The notes: generated by a model not told the origin, from the letters alone. 64,000 bases of DNA from Zygnema circumcarinatum SAG 698-1b (GCA_037447605.1 CM074808.1:186001-250000); one strand, 5' to 3'. Positions 36,731 through 48,503 are shown, counted from the stretch's first letter. Program-made: numbers and translations.

Positions 36731-38581
36731 AGAGGGAGGGAAGGGAGAAGGGGATGGGGAGGGAGAGGGGACGAGAGGAGAGGGGAGGAAGCGGGAGTGG
36801 GGGAAGGAGTGGGGGAGGGCTCCGGTAGGAGGGAAGGGGAGAGGGGGGCGGAGAGAGGTGAGGGAGAGGGGGAAGGAGAGGGGAAGGGGACCGGGGAGGG
36901 CGGGGAGAGGAGACGAGGGGGAGGTGAAGAAAGGGGAGGCTGGAGGGAGGATGGGAGGGGGAGGGGTGGGGAGTGAAAGCGTGGGAGAGTGCTCATATTG
37001 TCTTCTGAGTTAGTGCAGGCAGTTCGAGAATGGTGCCACAGGAACACTCGCAATGTCATATTCAGCCACCTCCCGGAAAGTGAGAGACTCCTCCCTCTCC
37101 ATCCCTCCCTCTCTCTCTCCCCATTTCCTCTCACTTTCCCCCTTTCTCTCTCTTGCTCACTTTCTCACCTTTCCGCCGCACTTCCTCTTGGCTGTCCCCC
37201 TATGCCTTTCTCTTCCCCCCTCCCCCCTCTCGTCCTCCTCCCTCGTTCATTCACCGCCTCTCATGCCTCTCTCTCCCTCTTCTCATCTCTCACTCTCGCG
37301 TGGTATTATGCAGTGTAATGTACTTCACTGTCACTATGTAATTATTATGTCACCCAGTTATCTATTTATGTCTGTCAATCCTCTCATGTTATGTTTCATT
37401 CTCTAGTATTCTTCTTCTTTGTCCAAAACTGTATATTGAGCGTTATGTAGCTGATGTGTTATGTCGCGGATGCATCGTTTCTATGCAGGCGAGCTGGCGG
37501 GTGGTCGGCTCTAACGGAACGGTGGAGGCAGAACGCGCCGCTGAGAACGGAAAGCACGGCTACATGGTGGGAGGGTTTCTCGGCTAACAACCCTAAAAAC
37601 CCTAAAAACTTCAGACCCCTTAAGTAGCCTAAAAAAATCTGCCCACTATAGGATACCCCGAAAACATGGAAGCATGTACCCTTTGTAAAGGCTTAGTGGC
37701 AAAGCTTTAGTTAGGGTTAGGGTTAGGGTTAAGGTTAGAGTTAGGGGTAGGGTTAGGGTTAGGGTTAGGGTTAGGGTTAGGGTTAGGGTTAGGGTTAGGN
37801 NNNNNNNNNCATGATCGTCCACGTGGCAGTGGAGGCGCCCATGAACGAAGGCAACCAATACTTCGCCTCCACGTGGCGCCGCGACCCGAAATTTCACGTA
37901 AAGTTTTTACCGCTCCCTCCCCCACCCCCCTATTTTTTTTTTTTAAATGACCAAAGAGAATAGGAATAACTGTAAGACTGACTGTAAACAGTTTCTACCG
38001 CCCCTTTTTTTGTGCAGGGAGCATTTTTGATAGATGGAGGAGTACATTTTATTGCAGGACTTCGCCTGGTAAGTTGCAGCCTCTCCCTCTCTCTCGCCCC
38101 CTCTCTCACTCTCGCCCACTCTCTCTCTCGCCCCCTCTCTCTTCCTCGCCCTCTCTCTCTCTCTCGCCCTCTCTCTCTCGCCCCCTGTCTCTCTCGCCCT
38201 CTCTCTCTCTCTTGCCCCCTCTCTCTCTCTCCCCCCCCCTCTCTCTCTCGCCCTCCCCCCACCCCTCTCTGAAAATCAGCTACATCCGTTCACTGTATTG
38301 ATCCCGAAATTTTGCTCCCATTTAATTCCCGCTCGGTTTCGGTCGCTTGAGTGCTGCTGACGTCAGTTCAGGTTGACTCGTGTTAATGGCAATAGGTTGC
38401 TGATGTCAGCATGAACCTTTCTAAGTTTGTACCTTCGCGGATGTTCAGATTGTGGGGTCGGAGGTGGCGACTGTGACAGCTGTCACGAGTCACATGGATG
38501 AAACACTCCCTCCTCCGGACAACTTGGTGGCAATCATGTTCGTGCCTCCCTGCATTTCCCGCGTGCGAGAAAGAGAGGGAA

Positions 38582-38620
<39 letters not shown>

Positions 38621-40627
38621 AGAGGGAGGGAAGGGAGAAGGGGATGGGGAGGGAGAGGGGACGAGAGGAGAGGGGAGGAAGCGGGAGTGGGGGAAGGAGT
38701 GGGGGAGGGCTCCGGTAGGAGGGAAGGGGAGAGGGGGGCGGAGAGAGGTGAGGGAGAGGGGGAAGGAGAGGGGAAGGGGACCGGGGAGGGCGGGGAGAGG
38801 AGACGAGGGGGAGGTGAAGAAAGGGGAGGCTGGAGGGAGGATGGGAGGGGGAGGGGTGGGGAGTGAAAGCGTGGGAGAGTGCTCATATTGTCTTCTGAGT
38901 TAGTGCAGGCAGTTCGAGAATGGTGCCACAGGAACACTCGCAATGTCATATTCAGCCACCTCCCGGAAAGTGAGAGACTCCTCCCTCTCCATCCCTCCCT
39001 CTCTCTCTCCCCATTTCCTCTCACTTTCCCCCTTTCTCTCTCTTGCTCACTTTCTCACCTTTCCGCCGCACTTCCTCTTGGCTGTCCCCCTATGCCTTTC
39101 TCTTCCCCCCTCCCCCCTCTCGTCCTCCTCCCTCGTTCATTCACCGCCTCTCATGCCTCTCTCTCCCTCTTCTCATCTCTCACTCTCGCGTGGTATTATG
39201 CAGTGTAATGTACTTCACTGTCACTATGTAATTATTATGTCACCCAGTTATCTATTTATGTCTGTCAATCCTCTCATGTTATGTTTCATTCTCTAGTATT
39301 CTTCTTCTTTGTCCAAAACTGTATATTGAGCGTTATGTAGCTGATGTGTTATGTCGCGGATGCATCGTTTCTATGCAGGCGAGCTGGCGGGTGGTCGGCT
39401 CTAACGGAACGGTGGAGGCAGAACGCGCCGCTGAGAACGGAAAGCACGGCTACATGGTGGGAGGGTTTCTCGGCTAACAACCCTAAAAACCCTAAAAACT
39501 TCAGACCCCTTAAGTAGCCTAAAAAAATCTGCCCACTATAGGATACCCCGAAAACATGGAAGCATGTACCCTTTGTAAAGGCTTAGTGGCAAAGCTTTAG
39601 TTAGGGTTAGGGTTAGGGTTAAGGTTAGAGTTAGGGGTAGGGTTAGGGTTAGGGTTAGGGTTAGGGTTAGGGTTAGGGTTAGGGTTAGGGTTAGGGTTAG
39701 GGTTAGGGTTAGGGTTAGGGTTAGGGTTAGGGTTAGGGTTAGGGTTAGGGTTAGGGTTAAGGTTAGGGTTAGAGTTAGGGTTACGGTTAGGGTTAGTGAC
39801 CTGCTTTTCCATAAACTCTATCATGTGTTTTTTGTTCTCAGAATGCCCTTGTTTATAGTTTTTGTTTTTATATGTTTCTTTCAAGATCTGTTGTCCTGTC
39901 TTGATAAAATTTCTCTTTTTTTCCCTCCAATTCTCTGGGCATTGTGCAGACCACTTTCTACCCCCCCAAGGGGCCCCCAACGAAGTCTTTCTTCCCCTTT
40001 GAAGGTGTTCAGAACGAGCTAAAAGCTTTCGTCAATGACGTGTCACGAGCCCGTTTCAAGGTGGGTCCCACCATCCCATTCACAGACCTCCATTCCGTAC
40101 AATTTAGGGTTTCCAGGGTTTCAGGGGTTTCCTAGGTTTCTAGTGTTTTTAGAGTCTTTCGAGTTTTTAGGGTTTGAATACTTAACCCTAAGTACCGCAG
40201 TATTTCAATTGCCCCAAAAGCCCTTTAACCGCTGTAACCCTAATGACCCCAATCACTGCAATGATCCTTCCACCACTTCTAACCCGGAAAATGCTTCTAA
40301 CCCTACATTCCTACCACTGCACTGAAGGTTTCTAGGGTTTTAGGGTTTAAGGACTTTTAGGGTTTAGGGTTTTTAGGGTTTTAGGGTTTAAGGACTTTTA
40401 GGGTTTAGGGTTTTAAGGGTTTTAGGGTTTTAGGGCTTTTAGGGTTTTTAAGGTTTCGCCCTCTCCTAACCCTAAATCGAATTTTGTGGTACATGGGGCA
40501 GGCGGAGGGGTGGAAGCCGCATTCGGGCAGCGCTTTTAGGGAGGCCATGTGCGACCTGGCAGTGGTGGAGGCCATGCTGACGTCAGCCGATAATACGGTC
40601 GCCAACCAGGCAGTGGAAACAATATAA
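33578..40627 (+). CDS. Gfo/Idh/MocA-family NAD(P)-dependent oxidoreductase; exons 6-10 duplicated across an assembly gap
   Basis: Exons 33578-33832, 34352-34489, 34635-34683, 35159-35176, 35592-35707, 35889-36008, 36129-36179, 36560-36648, 37019-37079, 37489-37566 (second copy 37810-39456), 39950-40060, 40502-40627(TAA). Motifs: LALLGAGLFVKDQY (Rossmann), GKHVIQEKP, WAVAENYRFEP, FLIDGGVHFIAGLR, DLAVVEAMLTS. Confidence 0.87.
33995..34265 (-). repeat. Telomere-like (CCCTAA)n array in oxidoreductase intron 1
   Basis: ccctaaccctagccctaatcctaaccctaa... Confidence 0.92.
37810..39689 (+). repeat. Gap-flanked tandem copy of 35921-37799 (probable assembly overlap artefact)
   Basis: The sequence after gap 37800-37809 restarts at catgatcgtcc (=35921). 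It appears identical by eye except one extra C in an intron (near 38560). Both copies end in the TTAGGG array. Confidence 0.9.
39596..39796 (+). repeat. Near-perfect (TTAGGG)n array in an oxidoreductase intron (truncated copy at 37706-37799)
   Basis: More than 25 GGGTTA units. Confidence 0.95.
40330..40455 (+). repeat. Mixed TTTAGGG/TTTTAGGG array in the last oxidoreductase intron
   Basis: ttttagggtttaaggacttttagggtttagggtttt block repeated twice, plus octamers. Confidence 0.85.
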
Positions 40628-41820
40628 ATAATTTTTGACATGGACCTCGCATTGCAACGTAGACAATTTCCTTTTTCCTTTTTTTTTTCGTTTTTTGTTT
40701 TGTAATTCCTTAGCCCTCGTAATGTAAATTCAATAGTGAGTTTTTACGTTTTTCATGTGAATGGGTGACATGGAACATATTCTCCTTTCAAGGCTTTCCC
40801 TCTCCCTCTCTCTCACATCCTTCCGCTACAAATTCCGTCGTCCTCCCGCTCTCCCACTCTCTCACCCTCTCCCTCCCACTCCCTCGTCTTCCTTCTCCCC
40901 CTCCCTCCCTCTTCACTCGTCCCTTCCATCTCCCCTCCCATCCCTCTCTCTTTCTCCTCTCTCACGTCCTCTGTCACGAACTCCCTTTCCCTCCCTCTCC
41001 CTCCTCCCACACCTTTCTCCCTCTCCCTTCCCCGCCACCTCTCCCTCTTTCGTTGTTCTCTCTCTCGTCCTACCTCCGCACAAGCTCCTCCCTTACCCTC
41101 TCCCTCTCCCTTTCTGTCCTCTCTCACGTCCTCCCACTTTCAGGAGCTCCCTCTCTTCTCTCACAAATTGCGTGCATCATGTTTTGGGATCGATGCATCT
41201 CCAAAATGAGGCCCCACAAAACAAGGCAAGCCAAGATTCCAAGATGGGATTTCACGGACCTGACAGGAAAGGGATCCGGTAACAATTAGTTCTCGGATTC
41301 TTTGCCCACAAACAAAAGCATCCCCTTATCACTAATTGCTATGTACATATTCTAGCTATCGCGCCAGCAGTTCACTAAGAGAAACCCTGTTGACCTCTTT
41401 AACTTCCGCATTAAACTTATTTGTCTTCAAAGAGAGACTAAAATGAGTTATTTCTTTTTTTATTAGCAGTTTCGACCTCCTTTTTCTCTCTCAAACTCCC
41501 TATCCCTCTCCTGATAGCACCTCGCGTGGGTTGGGAATCCATCCTACAACCTCACTACCACTCCTACGGAAACCTCCCATTCGATTCACAGATTCTAGAC
41601 CTGTCGAGGTCTTGAGAATGTGAAATTAGAGTTCACTACCTTCCCCTCTCCCCCTCTCCTTCTCTCTCCCTCCCTTCCTCCCTCCCCTTCAGCACTCCAA
41701 AGACCAGCACCACACGCCCGTCCCCTCTCCTGCCTCTCTTATAACTCCCGCCCCCTCTTCCCTTTCTCTATATTCTCATCTTTGCTCCCCGCACCTCCAC
41801 ATAACTCCCGCACTCCCCCC

Positions 41821-42725
41821 TCAGTAACTCCCCCCTCTCCCTCCCTCCTTCACTCCCACCCCCCCCCCTCCCGCGAGCTGCATCCCCCCATCCTCGTCTC
41901 CCACAGCGGCCTCCCACTTCCCCTCCAGCTGCCCGTTCATCTCCCCCCCCTCGTCCTGCGCCCCCATGTTCCCATCCTCGAGGTGGATCTGCTCCCCCAG
42001 GGAGCCCTCGTCCATAGGGCCCCCCAGCACTAAGTGTTCGACATAGTCATGCAAAACCTGGTCGTAAAGCTTCTTCAGCCTCTCCAAGGCTCGCTCTCTC
42101 TCCTTCTCGGAGGAGTTGTCGAGAGTGAAGTTGTCGTGGATGAAGCGCTGGAAACCTCCCGCCATCTCAAACTGGAGGGGGAAACCACGAAAAAAAAAAC
42201 GAATTGGAAATGAATGACGAGAATAAAATGCCGTCCCTAACATTATTCTAATTGGGCACGCTTGCCGCAGCCTCTATCACCCTCTCCTCATTTCCCTTGT
42301 CGCTCTCTCTGTGTCTCTCACCCCACCTCCCTCCCTCTCTCTCTTGTTTTATCTCTTGCAATCTGCCTCTCCCTCTTCCCTTTCTCTCGCTCCCTCCTCT
42401 CCTCCCACTCCCTTTCTCCATCCCCCTCTCCTCCTCCCTCCCCCTTTCTCCTCCCTCCCCAATCTCTTCATCTCTCCCCCTCCCCCTCCCTCTCCCCCTC
42501 GATGTTCCTTTCCTACTAGCTCTCTCACCTGCTGCCTCCCTCCTGCCTCGGCGGCGTAGCGGCACAGTAGAGGCAGATCCACCTTATGACCGACCACTTG
42601 CGGCTTGCCAGTTGGCACGGGCTTGGAGTGATCCCTTAGGAAGTCATAGATCATCTTCAGACTGTACCGGTCGTGGATCACCACAAGGGCGCGGGATCCA
42701 CTCTCTGTACAACCGAGATCCAACC
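41821..42725 (-). CDS. ARID (AT-rich interaction)-like domain plus acidic tail, two exons; probably the 3' part of the upstream 2OG-oxygenase-like gene
   Basis: Exon ~42725-42529 (donor CAG|gtgaga) splices in phase 0 to exon 42171-41821 (acceptor ccctccag|). Product: LKMIYDFLRDHSKPVPTGKPQVVGHKVDLPLLCRYAAEAGGRQQ|FEMAGGFQRFIHDNF...ALERLKKLYDQVLHDYVEHL. This follows the ARID pattern F-x(8-10)-P-x-hydrophobic-G-x-x-hydrophobic-DL-x-x-L ... GG ... LK/R-x-x-Y-x-x-x-L-x-x-Y. Confidence 0.65.
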
Positions 42726-43079
42726 CTGGGCAGATCAACCGAGGAACACAGGATCCATGGTCGCAATGTCGAGGTATCAACTCGGATCGGATTGGAGGAC
42801 TCGATGAACTGAAAGGGAGGTGGTGAGTCGGAAAAGGGAGGGGGCGAGAGAGGAGAGTAGGGAGAAAGGAGAGCGAGGGAGAAAGGGAGAAAGGGGGAAA
42901 GGAAAGGGAGAGAAGGCGAAGGGGGAAAAGGGGGCAGGGAGGGAGGGGAGAAGAGAGGCACGAGAAGAAGAATCGGATGCGGAATAAAGTAGGTAAGGTG
43001 TGAAATAGCAGGAGGGAGAGGAATGCAAAGCGACCGAAGGCAGAAGGCTTGACCTAATATGAGCGTGTTTGTGTGTGTA

Positions 43080-43119
<40 letters not shown>

Positions 43120-43140
43120 GTTGGACACTTCATCTCCTAC

Positions 43141-46100
43141 CTCTCTTGGGCGTGGTTCCCACCTCAAAAGTAGGCATCTCCCCCCCCTGTCTCTCTGTCC
43201 AGCCCGGCTCATACGCCTCAAGGAATGACTGCTTCCCACAACCGCACATCGTCACGTCACGTTATGTTGCGAGCGACACATCACATCACGTCATCATCAT
43301 CGATTCTTTTAAAAAAAAAAAAAAAAAACAAACAAACAAACAAATTTGAACCTTACTGACAGCAAATGTAGAACGCAAACGGAACGGACGTGCGGAATCC
43401 AAAGCGAACAACGGCAACTGAGACTGAAACTGAAACGGAGCATAGAACGGCTTGCCTGCTTCCCCCGGTTCGGCAAGTCGTGGGGGTGCACAAAGGGCAC
43501 TTGCGGAGGCCACCCGAGCTGCGCCCTCAAATATCCGCAGGGGGGGTCCTCCATCTGCATGTGCTGCTCCTCGCAGTCCTGCAGAGAGCAGGAAGGGGAA
43601 GCGGTGCGGGAGGGTAAAGAAATTTTAGGGAGAGAGAAAAAGGAAGAGAAGAGAAGGAGAACAGCAACGTTTTTCTACGGACCTTTAAATTGCAGAAGCG
43701 AATTTTGAGCTGCTTCATTTCTGCCAGGTCCTGGACCTTCTCCTTGAGCACCCTTTGGGCCTCCAGACGGAGTCTCTTTGAAGGCGCGAGCCCCCTCTCT
43801 CCCAGTGAGTCCTTTGATTTCCGCTTTCGGATTTTCTCTAATGTCCCGGGCACTGCATCCAGATGGAAACATGTGGCATTTAGAGATGCAGTCCTTCTTC
43901 TCTCACTCCCTCCCCCCTTTACCCCTTTCTCCCTTGCCCGCAACTCCTCTCCTTCTCCCTCTCTTATCCAATCAAATTCCCAAGTGTCAAGTCTTCTCTC
44001 TCCCACACCTCCCACCCTCGACTAAACACTTACAAACCCTTACACCCCTAACATTACCGCGACAAACCCTAGCAATTCTAACCTAATCACCCCTTCATAT
44101 CAACCCAGCAAACCCTCAAACCCTTCCCAAACCCTCAACAAAACCTAACACACCCTCCCCCCCCCCTCCCCCCTCCCCTCCCCTCTCCCCTTCCTCACCT
44201 TGCTCACAACCTAACACACCCCTCCCCTCCCCTCCCCTCCCCCCTCCCCTCCACTCTCCCCTTCCTCACCTTGCTCACCTTGCTTAGGCCCCTTGGGTGG
44301 TGCCGCTATGATCTGGTCTAGCGGCACCGCCCTCTGCATGAAGCCCTGCACGGCTATGGGCGCCTGGAAGGGCGCCGCGATCTGATGCCCCGCCGCCGCC
44401 ATGGCCGAGCAGTGGATGATGGCGGACGCGCGCGCCATGAGCTTGAACACGAGCGAGCACCGCCCGCCGCCCAGCGCCCCCCCCGCGCCCACCAGCCCCG
44501 CCTGGGCCGCCGCCAGGTCCGTCTTGTACAGCGCGGGACCCACGTACCCGCCCGTGGCCTGCCAGGTAGGGAAGTTAGGGTTAGAGTTAGGGTTAAGGTT
44601 AGGGTTAGGGTTAGGGTTAGGGTTAGGGTTAGGGTTAGGGTTAGGGTTAGGGTTAGGGTTAGGGTTTGGGGGGGGCGGGGGGGACCTGGTAGAGGGAGAG
44701 GCCGGTGAGGACGACGACGTCCCCCGGCGCGAGGTCGCTGTCGAGCAGCACCCAGCGGTTCTGGGGGTCGCGCACGTACAGGCCCGGCCGGTCGCTCTTC
44801 ACGAGCGCGAGGAGGCCCTTCTCGGCGCGCGGCTCCGCGTCCTCGGGGAGAGGGGGGGCGTCCGGGCCCTGCTCGGAGAGGCCCATGCTGCAGCGAGAGG
44901 GAGGGAGAGGGAGGGAGAGGGAGGGAGTGTGAGGGAGTGTGAGGGGGAAAAGTGGTGAGGAGAGGTGGGGGGAGGGGAGGAGGGGGAGGAGGGGGAGGGG
45001 GGAGGGGGGAGGGGGGAGGGGGAGGGGGAGGGGGGAGGGGGAGGGGGAGGGGGAGGGGAGGGGGAGGGGGAGGGGAGGGGGGGAGGGGGAGGGGGAGGGG
45101 GGGAGGGGGAGGGGGAGGGGGAGGGGGAGGGAGGGGAGGGGGAGGGAGGGGAGGGGGGGAGGGGAGGGGAGGGGGAGGGGGAGGGGGGGAGGGGAGGGGA
45201 GGGGGAGGGGAGGGGGAGGGAGGGAGGGGAGGGGGGGAGGGGGAGGGAGGGAGGGAGGGAGGGGAGGGGGAGGAGGAGGAGGGGAGGGGAGGGAGGGAGG
45301 GGAGGGGGAGGGAGGGGAGGGGAGGGGGAGGGGGAGGGGAGGGGGAGGGGAGGGGAGGGGGAGGGGGAGGGAGGGGAGGGGGAGGGGAGGGGGAGGGAGG
45401 GGAGGGGGAGGGAGAGGGGGGGAGGGGAGGGGAGGGGGAGGGAGGGAGGGGAGGGGAGGGGGAGGGGGAGGGAGGGGAGGGGGAGGGGAGGGGGAGGGGG
45501 AGGGGAGGGAGGGGAGGGGAGGGGGAGGGAGGGAGGGAGGGGAGGGGAGGGGGAGGGAGGGGAGGGGAGGGGAGGGGAGGGGAGGGGGAGGGGAGGGGAG
45601 GGGGAGGGGGAGGGGGGGAGGGGGAGGGGGAGGGGGAGGGGGAGGGGAGGGGAGGGGGGGAGGGGGAAGGGGGAGGAGAGAGGGGGAAGGGGGGAGGCCG
45701 GAGGGGGGAAAACGAACGAGAGAGAGACAAAGTGAAAAAAAGACGGAGTGGGAAAAAGATTGACAGACGGAGGGAGGGATTTTTAGGCTGCTTAAGAGGG
45801 CTGCCTGAGGGGAGTACCTCCGTCCATGGCAGCACGTCGAAAGCACCGACGATGCCACCTCGTTGTTCTTCAAAGGAATATTGTCCAAAAGGTCTGTGAA
45901 CGCGTACGACCGTAGGTCTAAGGAGCGCGCCACAGCTTCCAGAACGATCCTGGAAGTGTTGCCCAAGCAGGAAAACACTTCTGCCAGAACCGCAGAGAGG
46001 GAGAGAGAGAGAGGGAGGAACAGAGAGAGAGAGAGAGAGCACATGTTAGGATTGGAGTTCAAGAAACGCTCAGGTTGTTCGCAGAACTTAATGTTTGTAG

Positions 46101-48334
46101 GAACGTTAAAGATGTGCAGGCATCGACAAAGTAGTGCAGGAAAAAAGGTAGAAGAACGCGTAGAAAAAATTCAAAAAAAATAAGTGGAGCACTAGTGGGA
46201 GGCTAAATTGTACGGAAAAATGAAGAAAAAAAAGAAAAGGTACAAGGAAATCAGGTAGGCTTTTAGGTAACGAGACGACAGATTTTTTTTTTTAGGGTTT
46301 GCAGCACCTGGCAGGCAGGAGGGCGCGAGCGTGTCCCCGTCGTCGGGCGCGGGCAGTCTGCCCGGACGGAAGTCAAAGGTCTCCTTCCCAAAATGCGGCT
46401 CCGCAAAATATCCGCACGTGCGGTTCCACTCGCCGGTTTCCTCCATGCCTGGCAGGCACTGCAGGTCGGGCCCCGCCCGCCGCTTGTGCTGCAAACCATG
46501 CACAAAAAGGATACGTATGTGTACATGGATGAGGAGGATACGATAAATAGAGTAGTGAGGGATACGCAAAAAATAAAGGGGTCCATAGTGTCAGGGCAAG
46601 CACATAAGGTGAGTTTTGGGCTTGAAATGCGTTTGATCATGCAAATACGGTGAGGCAAAATGGTGATGTGATGTGATGTGATGTGATGTGATGTGATGTG
46701 ATGATGTGATGTGATGTGATGTGATGTGATGTGATGTGATGTGATGTGATATGATGTAGTATGTATCATGAGAGGCTGAGATGATATACTATGACAACGT
46801 GATGATGCAGCGACATGGAGATGTAGTGAATGGTGATGAAGTGTTTCCGATGACCCCCCAAGAAGCAGCAGTTGGTGGAAAAAGCCTTTCTTCGTTCCGG
46901 ACATATTCTATGTTCTATGTAGTAACGTCGAACTTGCTTTCAGTTAGACTGCGCAGGCAGAGAGAGGGGGCAGAGCGCACCTGAAAGTAAACCCTGCACG
47001 AATCGAGGGCGTATTTCATAAGAAGGTCGTCTCCCAGCGGCAGTTGAATTATAGCTGCTCGCGCCAACAGCCCCACCACAACAAATGTTTTTTTTTAAAT
47101 AACATTCAATAATGAATAAAAACAGAAAGTAAACAAAGTTGGTTTGGGGAGGGGGGAACTCAGACAATTGAATTTTTTTTCCTAAGTGTGCAAACTTTAT
47201 TGGTTCGAACTCCAAGTTTGCAATCTGTCGGAGTGATTTGGGGGATGCGGTTTTTTGTCGATTGAGGGAGATGTGCATAGCGGAAGGGACGGGAAAGGAG
47301 GAGAGGGAGAGGGGATTGGGAGACACAGAGTTGAGTGAGAGTGAGAGAGAGTGAGAGAGAGAGAGAGGGGGTGGAGAGAGAGAAAGGGGAGAGTATCGCA
47401 CACAAGCGACAGCTCTCCTCCGGGCTCTGAAACCCATCCAACCTACAGACACAAATTTCCGACCTTTTTCTCTCAGTCTCTCCCTATCTCCCTCCCTCTC
47501 CCTCTCCTTTTCTCACCTCCTCCCTCTCTCCCTCTCTCTCCCTCCCCCTTTCCCTCTCCCTCTCCCTCCCCCTCCTCTCCCTCTCCCTCCTCTCCCTCTC
47601 TCTCCCCCTCTCTCCACCTCTCCCTCTCCCTCTCCCTCTCCCTCTCCCTCCTCTCCCTCTCTCTCCCCCTCTCTCCCCCTCCCCCTCTCCCTCACCCTCA
47701 TCCACTCCCGCTCCCTCTCTCCCCCCCTCCCTCACCCTCACTCTCACCCGCTCCCTCCCCATTTCTCTCTCCCACTCCCTCTCTCACTGTCACTCTCCTC
47801 ACTCGCTCACTCTCTCTCCCTCTCCCCCTTTCCGTCTCCCGCTCCTCAGGCCTTCCATATCATTAACCTCCTCAACCTGGTTCACTCTATCTACCCTATA
47901 TACTTGCATTTCTATTTTAAAATAGAAAAGAGACCAGTAGAAATAGTAACAGTAGTAGAAACAACACCAGCGTCTGAAACTGTCAAGCTTTTTATGTTCA
48001 CTTTAACTTTAACAGAGTTTAAAGAGCTACAACAGTGCTTATACGTGTGTTTAACAGCACTTCATCAACTTCAAAAGTGTTTAAAACCAGTGTTCAGTAA
48101 TCTTATCACTGCGTTTATCAGTGTTCAGTAGCGTTCAACGGTGCGCTGAACGGCGCATGGACCCGGGCGCGTACCGGCGTTGAAGCGCGCGAGCGAGGCC
48201 CAGAGCGCGTTGACCGCCCCCTTGTACGCGTCCGCGGGGAAGCCGTCGCGCGGGGCCAAGTCCGCCAGCCGGATGCGCCCCGGCCCGCCCCCGCCAGCCC
48301 CGCCCCCCGGGGAAAACAGGTACCCCGACGCCAT
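43141..48334 (-). CDS. Uncharacterised plant 2OG-Fe(II) oxygenase-like protein (Arabidopsis At3g12940-like, from memory) with a conserved C-terminal KRLRL/Cys-His domain
   Basis: Exons 48334-48175, 47054-46981, 46488-46308, 45980-45818, 44887-44686, 44558-44279, 43852-43683, 43578-43456 (GC donor), 43228-43163 or -43141. Motifs: GRIRLADLAP, AIIQLP, LDLRSYAFTDLLDNIPL, LVKSDRPGLYVRD..WV, RCSLVFKLM, PSKRLRLEAQRVLKEKVQ, LGWPPQVPFVHPHDLPN, FLEAYEPGW. The terminal exon is ambiguous (see findings). Confidence 0.85.
44575..44667 (+). repeat. Near-perfect (TTAGGG)n array making up most of a ~125-nt intron of the 2OG-like gene
   Basis: About 15 units between exon ends 44686 and 44558. Confidence 0.95.
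44895..45705 (+). repeat. ~800-nt G/A-only, very G-rich tract (GGGGA/GGGAG) in a 2OG-like gene intron
   Basis: Almost no C or T between ~44960 and 45690. Confidence 0.95.
46663..46755 (+). repeat. (GTGAT)n pentanucleotide microsatellite
   Basis: gtgatgtgatgtgat... Confidence 0.95.
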
Positions 48335-48452
48335 CTATCCCTCTATGGCCCGCTACCTCTATCTCTCTCTCTCCCTCTCTCCCTCTCCCTCTCTCTCTCT
48401 CTCACTCTCTCTCTCTCTCTCACACTCTTCCTCTCGCCCTACTCGTCAATCT

Positions 48453-48503
<51 letters not shown>

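Noticed and set aside
44354-46062. Long Pro-rich/Gly-rich ORFs (562, 467, 315, 274, 256 aa) resembling extensins
   Set aside because: They are readthrough of a stop-free G/A tract inside an intron; the real exons on either side splice around it.
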